A DNA stretch of 64,000 nucleotides from Alphaproteobacteria bacterium (GTDB taxonomy: Bacteria; Pseudomonadota; Alphaproteobacteria; UBA828). Made by a program: the position numbers and the translations under genes. Shown here piece by piece: positions 1 to 10,340 of the stretch (its first letter is position 1; each line of letters opens with the position of its first letter). The notes under the pieces are model-generated. The model ran no database searches. It was not told where the DNA came from and was given only the letters and a program-made list of their open reading frames with translations. Location of the stretch: NCBI GenBank assembly GCA_965221125.1, contig CBDCRW010000007.1, positions 192,001-256,000 on the forward strand. Reading direction: 5' to 3'.

Positions 1-908
1 AGCCGCCCGCCCCCGGTGCCGAAGGCGACGCGCCCGTCCACGGTCGGGCGGTAGTAGTTCACCAGGGTCCGGGAATCCGAGATGCACATGCCGTCCGCCC
101 AGCCGGAGGCGGCCAGGCGGTCGGGCATCGGCCGGGTGGCGACGATATCGCTCGAGATCACGAGGATGGTCCGCCTGAGCTCCGGCAGCATGGTCGACCA
201 CGCGTTCATGGCGATGACCACCTTCTCGGCGGTCAAGATGCCGCGCGGCGTCACCACCTGCGGCGGACGGCTGCGGTGGAGGCTCATCATCGGCGTCCGC
301 TCGTAGATGCGCACGCCCCTGGCGAGCGCCACGCGCCTCAAGCCCCGCGCGAGCAGGGCCGGCTGCACGGTGGCCCCGGTCGGCTCGTAGACGCCGGCGA
401 CGTGACGGTCTGTGCCCGAGCGCTGCTTGACCGTCTCCGGCTCCCACAGCTCGAAGGGGTGCAACTGATGGCGCGCCAGCGTGTCCACCAGCGCGTCCCA
501 GGAGCCGGTCTGCGCCTCGCTGGAGGCCGCCCAGAGCCAGCCGTCGCCGCGGTAGTGCGCGTCGATCCCGTTCTCGGTGCAGAAGCGGCCGATCTCGCCC
601 ACGGCGTCGGCCGACGCGCGGGCGAGCCGGGCCGCCTCGTCCGACGGGCAGAACTTGGCGAGCGAGCCGAACTTGGCCCACCAGCTCAGCACGAAGCCGC
701 CGTTGCGGCCGCTGGCGCCGCTGCCGCATTCGTCCTTCTCGACGATGGCGATGTCGAGGGAGGGGTCGCGCTCCTTCAGGCGGAGCGCCGTCCACAGCCC
801 GCAGAAGCCGCCGCCCACGATGCAGATGTCGGCGCGCTCCTCGCCTTCGAGCGCCGGCGCGGTCTCCTCCGCCGAAACCCCGGCTTCCGTCAGCCAGTGG
901 CTAAGCAT
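1..908 (-). CDS. FAD-dependent oxidoreductase (DadA/PuuB-like), 3' end beyond window
   Basis: Read manually from ATG 908 (not in ORF track): MLSHWLTEAG...ADICIVGGGFCGLWTA (GxGxxG variant)...IVEKDECGSGASGRNGG. Confidence 0.8.
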   Translation of the reverse strand, partial: MLSHWLTEAGVSAEETAPALEGEERADICIVGGGFCGLWTALRLKERDPSLDIAIVEKDECGSGASGRNGGFVLSWWAKFGSLAKFCPSDEAARLARASADAVGEIGRFCTENGIDAHYRGDGWLWAASSEAQTGSWDALVDTLARHQLHPFELWEPETVKQRSGTDRHVAGVYEPTGATVQPALLARGLRRVALARGVRIYERTPMMSLHRSRPPQVVTPRGILTAEKVVIAMNAWSTMLPELRRTILVISSDIVATRPMPDRLAASGWADGMCISDSRTLVNYYRPTVDGRVAFGTGGGR

Positions 909-923
909 TCGCCCGCTCCATTC

Positions 924-2318
924 CTACCCGGCGTCCTCCGCGCGCGCGCCGAAGAGGAGCGTGACGTTGATCCGCCGGCTCGCGTGGCCCGCGCGGAAGG
1001 CCACGCCAGCGCTTTCGTGAATGAGGCTCGAATCGAAGATCACCGCCCTGTTGCAGCGGTAGGGAACGCGCACCGGCGCCCGCCCTTGCCGTGCCACGAG
1101 GCGCTCCAGCCGCGCCGGGTCGAGATTGTAGTCCGAGAATCCCCAGTCCGGCGGCGCGGCAACGTCGTGGACCGTGAGGCCCGCAGCCTCCGGGTCGGGG
1201 CAGGCGTCGTCCGGCGTGATCCAGAGGTTGACGTTGACGGCGGCCTTGTCCGCGTGCTTGCGCGTGCCGCCGCCCGCCTGGCCGTAGCTGAACGCCCACA
1301 TCTGCGTGAGCCGATGCCCCGCCACGATGCCGCTCAGCCGCTGCCGCAGCTCCTGGGCGAGAGCGATCAGCACCGGATGGTCGAAGCCCTCGTGCAGGTA
1401 GGCGCCGAGGTAGCCGCCGTGCTCCTTGCAGTCGAACCAGATCGTGGCCTCCCGGCAGAAGCGCTGCAGCGCGGCCAGCGCCGGCGCGCTCAGCAGATCG
1501 TCGACCACGACCACCGACGGCGTCGTCCCGTGGTAGCGCCGCTCGATCGCGCCCGCATCGAGGCCGGGGTCGAGCGCAGGCAGGATGGCTTCCTCCGGCG
1601 GGCGGTGGATCACCCGGTTGTAGATGGGACCGATCAGCCGCCGTTCGCTATTCGTGAGCACGCGCGGCACGCTCGGCCGGTCTTCGCTGCCGAAGCCGGC
1701 GAGCACGCGTCGCAAGCCCTCGCGGGCTTCGACGAGCGCGGGCGGAAGCAAGCCCTTCGCCAGCAGGTGGTCCATCTGCGCGAGGTCAAACTCCAGCTTG
1801 GTCCGGGACGCGGTGCGGAAGGTCTCCTGCTGGGCGGGGTCGAGCACAGCTTTATCCGTGGCCGGGTCCGTCCCCCACCAGGCGGAGCCACGATAGAGCG
1901 CGAGCGCCGCCCGGTAGCAGGCGACGGCCTCCTCCAGCCGCCCCTGTCGTTTCAGCGCCGCGCCGAGGTTAGTGTGCGCCGCCACCGAGCCCGGCGCCTG
2001 CGCCAGCGCCGTGCGGAAGGCGCGCTCCGCCGCCGCGTCGTCCCCCTGGCGGAGCGCCAGGTTGCCGAGCGTGATGCGCAGGCTCGCCTTGTCCGGCGCG
2101 AGCGCCGCCGCGGTCTCGAACGCCTCGCGCGCGCTCTCGAGGGCGCCCCGGTCGGCCGCGACGAGGCCGCAGACGTAGTGCGCGCCCGCATCGCGCGGGT
2201 CGTGGGCGAGGATGGCGCGGCCGATGGCCTCGGCCTCGCCGCTCCTGCCCGCCTGGTAGGCGGCGAACGCCGCGCCTGAGCGCGGCCGCGGCTCAGCGGC
2301 GCCGTGCGAGCCCGTCAC
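924..2318 (-). CDS. TPR-repeat protein with C-terminal putative 2OG-Fe(II) oxygenase domain
   Basis: N-terminal TPRs (AHTNLGAALKRQGRLEEAVACYRAAL); C-terminal HxD (KHAD), distal His (LIHES) and RRIN. Confidence 0.75.
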   Translation of the reverse strand: MTGSHGAAEPRPRSGAAFAAYQAGRSGEAEAIGRAILAHDPRDAGAHYVCGLVAADRGALESAREAFETAAALAPDKASLRITLGNLALRQGDDAAAERAFRTALAQAPGSVAAHTNLGAALKRQGRLEEAVACYRAALALYRGSAWWGTDPATDKAVLDPAQQETFRTASRTKLEFDLAQMDHLLAKGLLPPALVEAREGLRRVLAGFGSEDRPSVPRVLTNSERRLIGPIYNRVIHRPPEEAILPALDPGLDAGAIERRYHGTTPSVVVVDDLLSAPALAALQRFCREATIWFDCKEHGGYLGAYLHEGFDHPVLIALAQELRQRLSGIVAGHRLTQMWAFSYGQAGGGTRKHADKAAVNVNLWITPDDACPDPEAAGLTVHDVAAPPDWGFSDYNLDPARLERLVARQGRAPVRVPYRCNRAVIFDSSLIHESAGVAFRAGHASRRINVTLLFGARAEDAG

Positions 2319-3918
2319 GGGTCACCTTGAACCCGGCCGCCTCGCGGTCCCAGGTCGCCGCCGTGATGCCGTCGGCGCGCAGCACCACCTTGCGCACCTT
2401 CTGCGTCGGCGTGCGCGGCAGATCGGCCCTGAACTCGATGAAGCGCGGCACCATGAAGTAGGGCATCTCGGCCGCACAATGGCGGAGCAGCGCCTCTTCA
2501 GTGAGCGCCGCGCCGGGATTCCGCACGACGACCACCATCACCTCGTCCTCGCCCACGTCGGCAGGCACCGCGACGGCGGCGGTCTCGGCGACGTCCGGGT
2601 GCTTGTTGACGATGCGCTCGACCTCGAAGGACGAGATGTTCTCGCCGCGCCGGCGGATCGCGTCCTTCATCCGGTCGTGGAAGAAGAGGAATCCCGCCTC
2701 GTCCATGTGGCCGCGATCGCCGCTGTGGAACCAGAGGTTGCGGAAGGCTGCCAGCGTCGCCTCTGGCAGGCCGTCGTAGCCTTCCATCAGGATGTAGGGG
2801 TGCCTCGCGCGCACCACGATCTCGCCCGACGTGCCGGGCGGCACCGGGCGGTCCATCTCGTCGAAGATCGCGACCTCGTAGTAGGGCGCGGCGCGGCCGG
2901 CGGTGCCCCTGGGCGTCGGCTCGCCGGGGCGCGTGTAGACGACGATGTTGGCCTCGGTCGAGCCGTAGCCCTCCGTCAGCTCAAGGCCGAAGCGCGCGAG
3001 GAACTCTTCCTGCACGTCGTGCGGGTTCGGCACCGAGTAGATCATGCGGAGCGGGTTGTCGGCATCGTCCTCCCGCGCCGGCTCGGCCCAGAGCATGTGG
3101 CAGATGCCGCCGACGCCCACCGTCACGGTGACGCCGTGCTCGCGTACGTCCGGCCAGAAGCGGCCCGCGCTGAAGCGGGGCCGCAGCAGCATCCGGCAGT
3201 TCGCCAGCATCGTGCCGAGCATGATGAACTTGCCCGCGATGTGGAAGAAGGGGAGGAAGTTGTAGGTCACGTCGTCGGCACGGAGCGAGACGATCTCGTT
3301 GAAGATGACGGCGAACGAGAGCTCGAAGTGGTTGTTGATGACCACGCCCTTCGACGGCCCCGTGGTGCCTGAGGTGAACATGATGCAGGCCGTGGTGGTC
3401 GCCTCGATGGGCTGCGGCCGGTCCGCGCCGTCCCCGCTCGCGATCTCGTCGAGCGAGAGCACCACGCCCGGCAGCGCGCGCCGCGCCTCCTCGATATCGC
3501 CGCCGGCGACGATGAAGGTGCCGAGGCCGGGGCAGCGCTCGGCGATGTGGGCGACCACGGGCACGAACTCCGCGTCCAGCACCATCGCGCTCGCCCGCGC
3601 GCTGGTGACGATGTGGGTGAGGATGTCGCCCCGGTAGGCGGTGTTGATCGGCACCTCCACGACGCCGAGCTTCGCCGTGGCGAACCAGACGAAGACGTGC
3701 GCCGGCGTATTCTGCATCATCACGGCGCAGCGCTGGCCCGCTTCGATGCCGCGCTCGCCAAGGCCTTCGGCGATGCGGTTGGCCGCGCGGTTGATGGCCG
3801 CGTAGGTGTAGTCCTGCCCCTCCCAGTGCATCACCGGGTGATCGGGGCGCTCCGCCGCGCGCTGCTCGAGCACGCGGCGGACCAGCCACGTCTCGGGCTC
3901 CCTGCCGATGGTCAGCAT
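2293..3918 (-). CDS. AMP-binding acyl-CoA ligase (CaiC-like)
   Basis: FTSGTTGPSKG, YGSTE, GDRG, RRRGENISSFEVE, PRTPTQK; start at ATG 3918 after GAGG. Confidence 0.88.
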   Translation of the reverse strand: MLTIGREPETWLVRRVLEQRAAERPDHPVMHWEGQDYTYAAINRAANRIAEGLGERGIEAGQRCAVMMQNTPAHVFVWFATAKLGVVEVPINTAYRGDILTHIVTSARASAMVLDAEFVPVVAHIAERCPGLGTFIVAGGDIEEARRALPGVVLSLDEIASGDGADRPQPIEATTTACIMFTSGTTGPSKGVVINNHFELSFAVIFNEIVSLRADDVTYNFLPFFHIAGKFIMLGTMLANCRMLLRPRFSAGRFWPDVREHGVTVTVGVGGICHMLWAEPAREDDADNPLRMIYSVPNPHDVQEEFLARFGLELTEGYGSTEANIVVYTRPGEPTPRGTAGRAAPYYEVAIFDEMDRPVPPGTSGEIVVRARHPYILMEGYDGLPEATLAAFRNLWFHSGDRGHMDEAGFLFFHDRMKDAIRRRGENISSFEVERIVNKHPDVAETAAVAVPADVGEDEVMVVVVRNPGAALTEEALLRHCAAEMPYFMVPRFIEFRADLPRTPTQKVRKVVLRADGITAATWDREAAGFKVTRDGLARRR

Positions 3919-4013
3919 CGCGCGCCGTCGATCCTCATGCCGCCAGAATGGAGACCGGCCGTTCGATGTCAACGCTTGCCGCGAATGTGAACGATCTTGC
4001 GCGGTTTCCCGCC

Positions 4014-4042
4014 TTGACGGGGGCAAACCGGGTTTTCATAGT
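4014..4042 (+). promoter_or_regulatory. Putative sigma70 promoter of the fatty-acid degradation operon
   Basis: TTGACG-17 nt-CATAGT, about 75 nt upstream of ATG 4117. Confidence 0.5.
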
Positions 4043-4116
4043 GCGCGGGAGTGCGTCCCCCGCGTCCGGACAGGGCGGAGCGGGGCCGCGAATCCCAGGC
4101 AAGAGGAGCGGAGCCC

Positions 4117-5841
4117 ATGGCTGAGGGCGAGGCGCAAGCGGGTGCCCACCCCTGGGAGAAGTCCTACCCGGAGAATGTCGACTGGAACGCGCCGCTGCCG
4201 AAGGCGCCGCTGCAGCGCCTGCTCGACGATGCGGTCGCCAAGTTCGGAGACCGCCCGGCGATCGACTTCATGGACAAGGTCACGACCTACCGCGAGCTTG
4301 GCGACCTCGCGAACCGTGCGGCCGAGGGTTTTCAAAAGCTCGGCGTCGGCAAGGGCACCAAGGTCGGCATCCTGCTGCCCAACTGCACCAACTTCGTGGC
4401 CATCTACTACGGCGTGCTGAAGGCGGGCGGGACGGTTGTCAACGTCAACCCGCTCTACGCCATCGAGGAGATCAAGAGCCAGATCGAGGATTCCGAGGCC
4501 GATATCCTGGTCACCCTCGACCTCTCCATCCTCTACGACAAGGCCCGCATCGCGCTCGACCAGACGCGGCTCACCCACCTGGTGATCTGCCCCATGGCGG
4601 AGATGCTGCCGGGGCTGAAGAAGCTGCTCTTCCCCATCGTCAAGCGCAGCGAGATCGCCAGGATCCCGCGCGATTCCCGCCACGTGTTCTTCCGCACGCT
4701 GACCGACAATTCCGGCAGGCCCACGCCGGTCGAGATCGAGGTCGACGACGACATCGCGGTGCTGCAGTACACCGGCGGCACCACCGGCACGTCCAAGGGC
4801 GCGATGCTGACCCACGCCAACCTCAGCGCGAACGTGGCGCAAGGGGCGATGATGATGCCCGGCGCCGAGGAAGGCCGCGAGGTCATGATCGGCGTGCTGC
4901 CGCTCTTCCATGTCTTCGCCATGGCCGTGGTGATGAATTTCAGCATCCGGATCGGCGCCAAGATGGTCCTGCTGCCGCGTTTCGAGCTGGATAACGTGCT
5001 CAAGGTCGTACACAAGAAGCGGCCGACTTTCTTCCCCGCGGTGCCGACGATCTACATCGCGATCAACGGCCATCCGGACGTGGCGGCCGGCAAGTACGAC
5101 CTCTCCTCCATCAAGCTCTGCCTCTCCGGCGGCGCGTCGCTGCCCCGCGAGGTGCAGGAGAAGTTCCAGGAGCTTTCCGGCTGCACGCTGGTGGAGGGCT
5201 ACGGCCTCAGCGAAACCTCGCCGATTGCGACCTGCAACCCGACCTCGCCCGGCGGCAGCCGCGAAGGCTCCCTCGGCGTGCCGGTGCCGGGCACCGTGGT
5301 CGACATCTGCTCCATCGACGACCCGGAGAAGGTGCTGCCGCAAGGCGAGATCGGCGAGATCTGCATCTCCGGCCCGCAGGTGATGAAGGGCTACTGGAAG
5401 CGCGACGAGGAGAACGAGCGCGCCTTCGCCGGCGGCCGCTTCCACACCGGCGACGTCGGCAAGATCGACGAGGACGGCTACGTCTACCTCATCGACCGGC
5501 TGAAGGAGGTCATCATCGCCGGCGGCTACAACGTCTATCCGCGCCACGTGGAGGAGGCGATCTACAAGCACCCGTCGGTGCTGGAGGTGACGGTCATCGG
5601 CGTCGACGACGCGCGGCGCCAGCAGACGGTCAAGGCCTTCGTCCGGCTCAAGGACGGCGAGAGCCTGACCGCCGACGCGCTCACGGACTTCCTCAAGGAC
5701 AAGCTGTCGCCCATCGAGATGCCGAAGCAGATCGAATTCCGCGACGAGCTGCCGAAGACGATCATCGGCAAGCTTTCCAAGAAGGAGCTGATCGCCGAAG
5801 AGGCCGCGAAGCAGGGCGCGGCCGCTGGCGGCGCCGCATGA
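4117..5841 (+). CDS. fadD: Long-chain fatty acid-CoA ligase
   Basis: HPWEKSYP N-terminus, YTGGTTGTSKG, GYGLSE, TGDVG, LPKTIIGK. Confidence 0.9.
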   Translation: MAEGEAQAGAHPWEKSYPENVDWNAPLPKAPLQRLLDDAVAKFGDRPAIDFMDKVTTYRELGDLANRAAEGFQKLGVGKGTKVGILLPNCTNFVAIYYGVLKAGGTVVNVNPLYAIEEIKSQIEDSEADILVTLDLSILYDKARIALDQTRLTHLVICPMAEMLPGLKKLLFPIVKRSEIARIPRDSRHVFFRTLTDNSGRPTPVEIEVDDDIAVLQYTGGTTGTSKGAMLTHANLSANVAQGAMMMPGAEEGREVMIGVLPLFHVFAMAVVMNFSIRIGAKMVLLPRFELDNVLKVVHKKRPTFFPAVPTIYIAINGHPDVAAGKYDLSSIKLCLSGGASLPREVQEKFQELSGCTLVEGYGLSETSPIATCNPTSPGGSREGSLGVPVPGTVVDICSIDDPEKVLPQGEIGEICISGPQVMKGYWKRDEENERAFAGGRFHTGDVGKIDEDGYVYLIDRLKEVIIAGGYNVYPRHVEEAIYKHPSVLEVTVIGVDDARRQQTVKAFVRLKDGESLTADALTDFLKDKLSPIEMPKQIEFRDELPKTIIGKLSKKELIAEEAAKQGAAAGGAA

Positions 5842-5895
5842 TCGCGGCCTGACGCCGCGACGTACCGCACCAGACAGAGCAAGAGGCCCCAGCCC

Positions 5896-7032
5896 ATGAA
5901 CAATGCCGTCATCGCCGGCTATGTCCGCTCGCCCTTCCACTTCGCCCACAAGGGCGCGCTGGTCGAAAAACGCCCCGACGACCTCGCGGCCGAGGTCGTG
6001 CACGGCCTGCTCGACCAGACCGGCGTCGACCCCGCCGAGATCGAGGACCTGATCATCGGCTGCGCCTTCCCCGAGGGCGAGCAGGGCTTCAACATGGGCC
6101 GCATCGTGGCGCTCATCGCGGACCTGCCCATCTCGGTCGCCGGCGCCACCGTCAACCGCTTCTGCGGCTCGTCCATGCAGGCGATCCACATCGCCGCCGG
6201 CGCGATCCGCATGGATGCGGGCGAGGCCTTCATCTGCGCCGGCGTCGAATCCATGAGCCGCGTGCCCATGGGCGGCTTCAACCCGGCGCCGAACCCGGAC
6301 CTCTACGAGAAGAACGAGGGCGCCTACATGTCCATGGGCGAGACCGCCGAGAACCTCGCCCGCAAGTACCAGATCACCCGCGAGGAGCAGGAGTCGCTCG
6401 CGGTCGCGAGCCACGCCCGCGCCACGTCCGCCTGGGACGACGGCAGGTTCGCCGGCGAGGTGATCGCGGTCGAGACCGGGGACGGCACGGTGGAGCGCGA
6501 CGGCTGCATCCGCCCCGGCACCAGCGCCGAGGTGCTCGCCGGGCTGGAGCCCGCCTTCGATGCCGACGGCACGGTCACCGCCGGCACGTCCTCGCCGCTC
6601 ACCGATGGCGCGGCCGCCGTGCTGGTCTGCACCGAGGACTACGCCAAGCGCAACGGCCTCTCCGTGCTCGCCCGCATCAAGGCCATCGCGGTGGCCGGCT
6701 GCCTGCCGGAGATCATGGGCTACGGCCCCGTCGTCTCGTCGGAGAAGGCGCTCGCCCGCGCCGGGATCAAGATGGCCGACATCGACGTGGTCGAGCTCAA
6801 CGAGGCCTTCGCCGTCCAGGCCCTCGCCTGCGTGCGCGAGCTTTCCATCGACCTAGAGCGCATGAACATCGACGGCGGCGCCATCGCCATCGGCCACCCC
6901 CTGGGCGCCACCGGCGCGCGGATTACCGGCAAGGCCGCCCAAATCCTCCGCCGCGAGGACAAGCGCTACGCGCTCGCCACCCAGTGCATCGGCGGCGGCC
7001 AGGGTATCTCCACCGTGCTTGAGGCCGCCTGA
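5896..7032 (+). CDS. Acetyl-CoA C-acyltransferase (thiolase)
   Basis: NRFCGSS catalytic Cys, NEAFA, GHPLGATG, CIGGGQG. Confidence 0.93.
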   Translation: MNNAVIAGYVRSPFHFAHKGALVEKRPDDLAAEVVHGLLDQTGVDPAEIEDLIIGCAFPEGEQGFNMGRIVALIADLPISVAGATVNRFCGSSMQAIHIAAGAIRMDAGEAFICAGVESMSRVPMGGFNPAPNPDLYEKNEGAYMSMGETAENLARKYQITREEQESLAVASHARATSAWDDGRFAGEVIAVETGDGTVERDGCIRPGTSAEVLAGLEPAFDADGTVTAGTSSPLTDGAAAVLVCTEDYAKRNGLSVLARIKAIAVAGCLPEIMGYGPVVSSEKALARAGIKMADIDVVELNEAFAVQALACVRELSIDLERMNIDGGAIAIGHPLGATGARITGKAAQILRREDKRYALATQCIGGGQGISTVLEAA

Positions 7033-9359
7033 TGGCGATCGAGAAGGCCGCCGTCATCGGGGCGGGTCTCATGGGCGGCGGCATCGCCGCCCACATCGCC
7101 AATGCGGGCCACGACGTGGTGCTGCTCGACATCGTGCCCGACGGCGCGAAGGACCGGAACGCGCTGGCCGAAGGCTCGGTGGCGCGGATGCTCAAGACCG
7201 ACCCCGCGCCCTTCATGGAGAAGTCGGACGCGAAGCGCATCGCCACCGGCAATGTCGAGGACCACCTGGACCTCGTGAGCGACGCCGACTGGATCGTCGA
7301 GGCGGTGATCGAGAGGACCGACGCCAAGCAGGCGATCTACCGCCAGCTCGATTCGGTGCGGAAGGCGGGCTCCATCGTCTCCTCCAACACGTCCACCATC
7401 CCCTCCGCCACGCTGCTGGACGGGATGCCCGAGTCGCTCGCGCGCGACTTCCTCATCACCCACTTCTTCAACCCGCCGCGCTACATGCGGCTGTTGGAAG
7501 TAGTGGCGGGGCCGGCGACCCGGGCCGACGCGGTGGCGGACGTCTGCGACTTCGCCGACCGCAAGCTCGGCAAGGGCGTGGTGCCCTGCAACGACACGCC
7601 GGGCTTCATCGCGAACCGCATCGGCACCTACTGGCTCGTCGCCGCGGTGCGCGCTGCGGTCGAGAACGGCGTGACGGTGGAGGAGGCGGACGCGGTGCTG
7701 GGCCGCCCCGTCGGCGTGCCCAAGACCGGCGTCTTCGGGCTGATCGACCTGGTCGGCCTCGACCTGATGCCGCTGGTGGGCCGCAGCCTGCGCGACGCGC
7801 TGCCGGAGAGCGACCCCTTCCACGCGGTCTACGACGAGCCCGCCTTCATCACCGAGATGATCGAGAGCGGCTACATCGGCCGCAAGGGCAAGGGCGGGTT
7901 CTATCGACTGAAGCCCGGCTCGGACAAGAAGGAGAAGGAGGTCCGCGACCTCGCCACCGGCGAGTACGGGCCGGCCCAGCGCCCGCGGCTGGAGAGCGTG
8001 GAGCAGGCGGGCCGCTCGCTCCGGGCGCTCTTCGAGCACGACGACAAGACCGGCGCCTACGCCTGGCAGGTGATGTCGGGCACGCTCGCCTACACGGCCG
8101 GCCTGGTGCCGGAGATCGCCGACGACGTGGAGGCGGTGGATCGCGCCATGCGCCTCGGCTACGCCTGGAAGCGCGGCCCCTTCGAGATGATCGACTCGGT
8201 CGGCGCCGACTGGTTTGCCGAGAAGCTTGCGGCGGAGGGCAGGGAGGTCCCGCCGCTGCTGCTGGCGGCAGCGGCGCAAGGCGGCTTCTACCGCGTGGCG
8301 GACGGCCGCGCGACCCATCTCGCCGGCAGCGGCACGCACGTGCCGCTCGCGCGGCCCGACGGCGTGCTCCTCCTCTCCGACATCAAGCAGACCGCGAAGC
8401 CGCTCGCCCGCAACGCTTCGGCCAGCCTCTGGGACATCGGCGACGGCGTCGCCTGCCTCGAATTCCACTCGAAGATGAACGCGCTCGACACCGAGATCAT
8501 GGCGCTGGTCGCGCAGTCGGTGGAGACCGTCGGCGGCGGCATGACGGCGCTCGTGATCCACAACGAGGGCAGCAACTTCTCCGTCGGCATGAATCTGGGC
8601 CTCGCCCTCTTCGTCGTGAACGTCGGCGCTTGGCAGATGATCGAGGAGACGGCGAAGCAGGGGCAGGACGCTTTCAAGGCGCTCAAGTTCGCGCCCTTCC
8701 CCGTGGTGGGCGCGCCCTCCGGCATGGCGCTCGGCGGCGGCTGCGAGGTCCTGCTGCACTGCGACGCGGTCCAAGCCCACGCCGAGAGCTACATGGGCCT
8801 CGTCGAGGTGGGCGTCGGCATCGTGCCCGGCTGGGGCGGCTGCAAGGAGATGATGCTGCGCGCGCTCGATTCCGGCCGGCCCGGCTTCGGCGGCGCGATG
8901 CCGGCGATCTCCAAGGTGTTCGAGGCCATCGGCATGGCCAAGGTCTCGCGTTCCGCAAAGGAGGCCCGAAAGCTCGGCTTCCTGCGCGAGGGCGACGGCA
9001 TCACCGCCAACCGCGACCGCCTGCTGGCCGATGCCAAGGCGAGGGCGCTGGCGCTGGCGGAGGACTACGCGCCGCCCGAGCCTGCCACCGTCAAGCTTCC
9101 GGGCAAGACCGGCCGCGTCGCGCTCAAGATGGCGGTCAAGGGGCTCGCCAAGACCCGCAAGGCGACGGCCCACGACCTGGTGGTGGTGGAGCACCTCGGC
9201 AACATCCTCACCGGCGGCGACACGGACACGACGAAGGAGGTCCCGGAGGACCGCCTCTCGGACCTGGAGCGCGAGGCGCTGCTCGCGCTGATCCGCACGC
9301 CCGCCACCATCGCCCGCATGGAGCACATGCTGGAGACCGGCAAGCCCCTAAGGAATTAG
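7032..9359 (+). CDS. 3-hydroxyacyl-CoA dehydrogenase/enoyl-CoA hydratase (FadN-like)
   Basis: GAGLMG, SSNTS, HFFNPPRYM, PGFIANRIG, C-terminal crotonase domain ALGGGCE, GKPLRN end; ATG overlaps the thiolase stop. Confidence 0.92.
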   Translation: MAIEKAAVIGAGLMGGGIAAHIANAGHDVVLLDIVPDGAKDRNALAEGSVARMLKTDPAPFMEKSDAKRIATGNVEDHLDLVSDADWIVEAVIERTDAKQAIYRQLDSVRKAGSIVSSNTSTIPSATLLDGMPESLARDFLITHFFNPPRYMRLLEVVAGPATRADAVADVCDFADRKLGKGVVPCNDTPGFIANRIGTYWLVAAVRAAVENGVTVEEADAVLGRPVGVPKTGVFGLIDLVGLDLMPLVGRSLRDALPESDPFHAVYDEPAFITEMIESGYIGRKGKGGFYRLKPGSDKKEKEVRDLATGEYGPAQRPRLESVEQAGRSLRALFEHDDKTGAYAWQVMSGTLAYTAGLVPEIADDVEAVDRAMRLGYAWKRGPFEMIDSVGADWFAEKLAAEGREVPPLLLAAAAQGGFYRVADGRATHLAGSGTHVPLARPDGVLLLSDIKQTAKPLARNASASLWDIGDGVACLEFHSKMNALDTEIMALVAQSVETVGGGMTALVIHNEGSNFSVGMNLGLALFVVNVGAWQMIEETAKQGQDAFKALKFAPFPVVGAPSGMALGGGCEVLLHCDAVQAHAESYMGLVEVGVGIVPGWGGCKEMMLRALDSGRPGFGGAMPAISKVFEAIGMAKVSRSAKEARKLGFLREGDGITANRDRLLADAKARALALAEDYAPPEPATVKLPGKTGRVALKMAVKGLAKTRKATAHDLVVVEHLGNILTGGDTDTTKEVPEDRLSDLEREALLALIRTPATIARMEHMLETGKPLRN

Positions 9360-9409
9360 CCGGACGGGAACGGGCGCGGCCGAAGGAGCGACGAGGCGGG
9401 AGCGACAGC

Positions 9410-10246
9410 ATGAGCGGCGTGGCCTGGACCCTCGCGGTCGCGCAGATGGACTGCGCCACCGGCGATACGGAGACGAACCTCGCGACCGTCGCCCGCCTCG
9501 CCCGCGAGGCTGCGGCCGAGGGAGCCGACCTCGTGGTCTTCCCGGAATGCGCGACCACCGGCTATTTCCTGGGCGACCGGCTCGCGGACCTGGCCGAGCC
9601 GGCGGACGGGCCCACCGCCCAGCGCCTCGCCGCCATCGCGCGGGAGAACGCGCTCACCATGGCCGTCGGCGCCTACACGAAACGCGACGGCGGCATCTAC
9701 GATTCGCAGCTCCTCTTCGGGCCGGACGGCGCCTGCCTCGCGGTCTATGACAAGGCCCACCTCTTTGCGGGCGAGCGCGAGAGCTGCCGCGCCGGCGACC
9801 GCGCGTGCGTTGTCGAGACGGCGCTTGGCAAGGTGGGGATGACCGTCTGCTACGACTTCATCTTCGCCGACTACGTGCGCCGCCTGGCCGACCTCGGCGC
9901 GGACCTCATCGTCAACAGCACCAACTGGATCGCCGACGCCTACCAGCAGGAGACCTGGGGCTGGAGCGGGCCGGTGACGCAGGGCCTCGCGGCCACGCGC
10001 GCGCTGGAGAACGGCACCTTCGTCGCCATGGCGAACCGCGTCGGCGAGGAGGAGCTGGCGCCCGGCCTCTCCTTCACCAGCCTCGGCCACTCCTGCATCG
10101 CCGGCCCTTCCGGCAAAATTCTGGCTTCGCTCGCGGAAGGGGAGGGGCTGGCCGTGGCGCGCGTGCGTATCGCGCAGGAGGACCTCGACCGCTGGCGCGC
10201 CATCGCGACCTATCGCGAGGACCGCCGCCCCGAATTGGGCGGATGA
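9410..10246 (+). CDS. Carbon-nitrogen hydrolase (nitrilase superfamily)
   Basis: Glu-Lys-Cys triad: VFPEC, YDKAHLF, VCYD; RALEN. Confidence 0.88.
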   Translation: MSGVAWTLAVAQMDCATGDTETNLATVARLAREAAAEGADLVVFPECATTGYFLGDRLADLAEPADGPTAQRLAAIARENALTMAVGAYTKRDGGIYDSQLLFGPDGACLAVYDKAHLFAGERESCRAGDRACVVETALGKVGMTVCYDFIFADYVRRLADLGADLIVNSTNWIADAYQQETWGWSGPVTQGLAATRALENGTFVAMANRVGEEELAPGLSFTSLGHSCIAGPSGKILASLAEGEGLAVARVRIAQEDLDRWRAIATYREDRRPELGG

Positions 10247-10340
10247 GCACTGCGGGTGTATCGCGGCAGCACAAGTCTTGTAGAGAACCGTAATAGGGGA
10301 GAAGCAGAAAGATTTAGGGGGATAACTTGGCGAGCTATGT

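Noticed and set aside
276-2279. 667-aa plus-strand ORF and similar long antisense ORFs (4036-6414, 6966-9326, 24907-27369, 35429-38815, 40170-43217, 48187-50148)
   Set aside because: Shadow frames of real genes in high-GC DNA; Arg/Ala/Gly-rich with no motifs.
7019-10246. Apparent 1075-aa protein ending in a nitrilase domain
   Set aside because: The upstream part is an off-frame overlap of the FadN-like gene; the real start is ATG 9410. The same artefact affects 12664-14658, 29641-31647 and 59267-61138.
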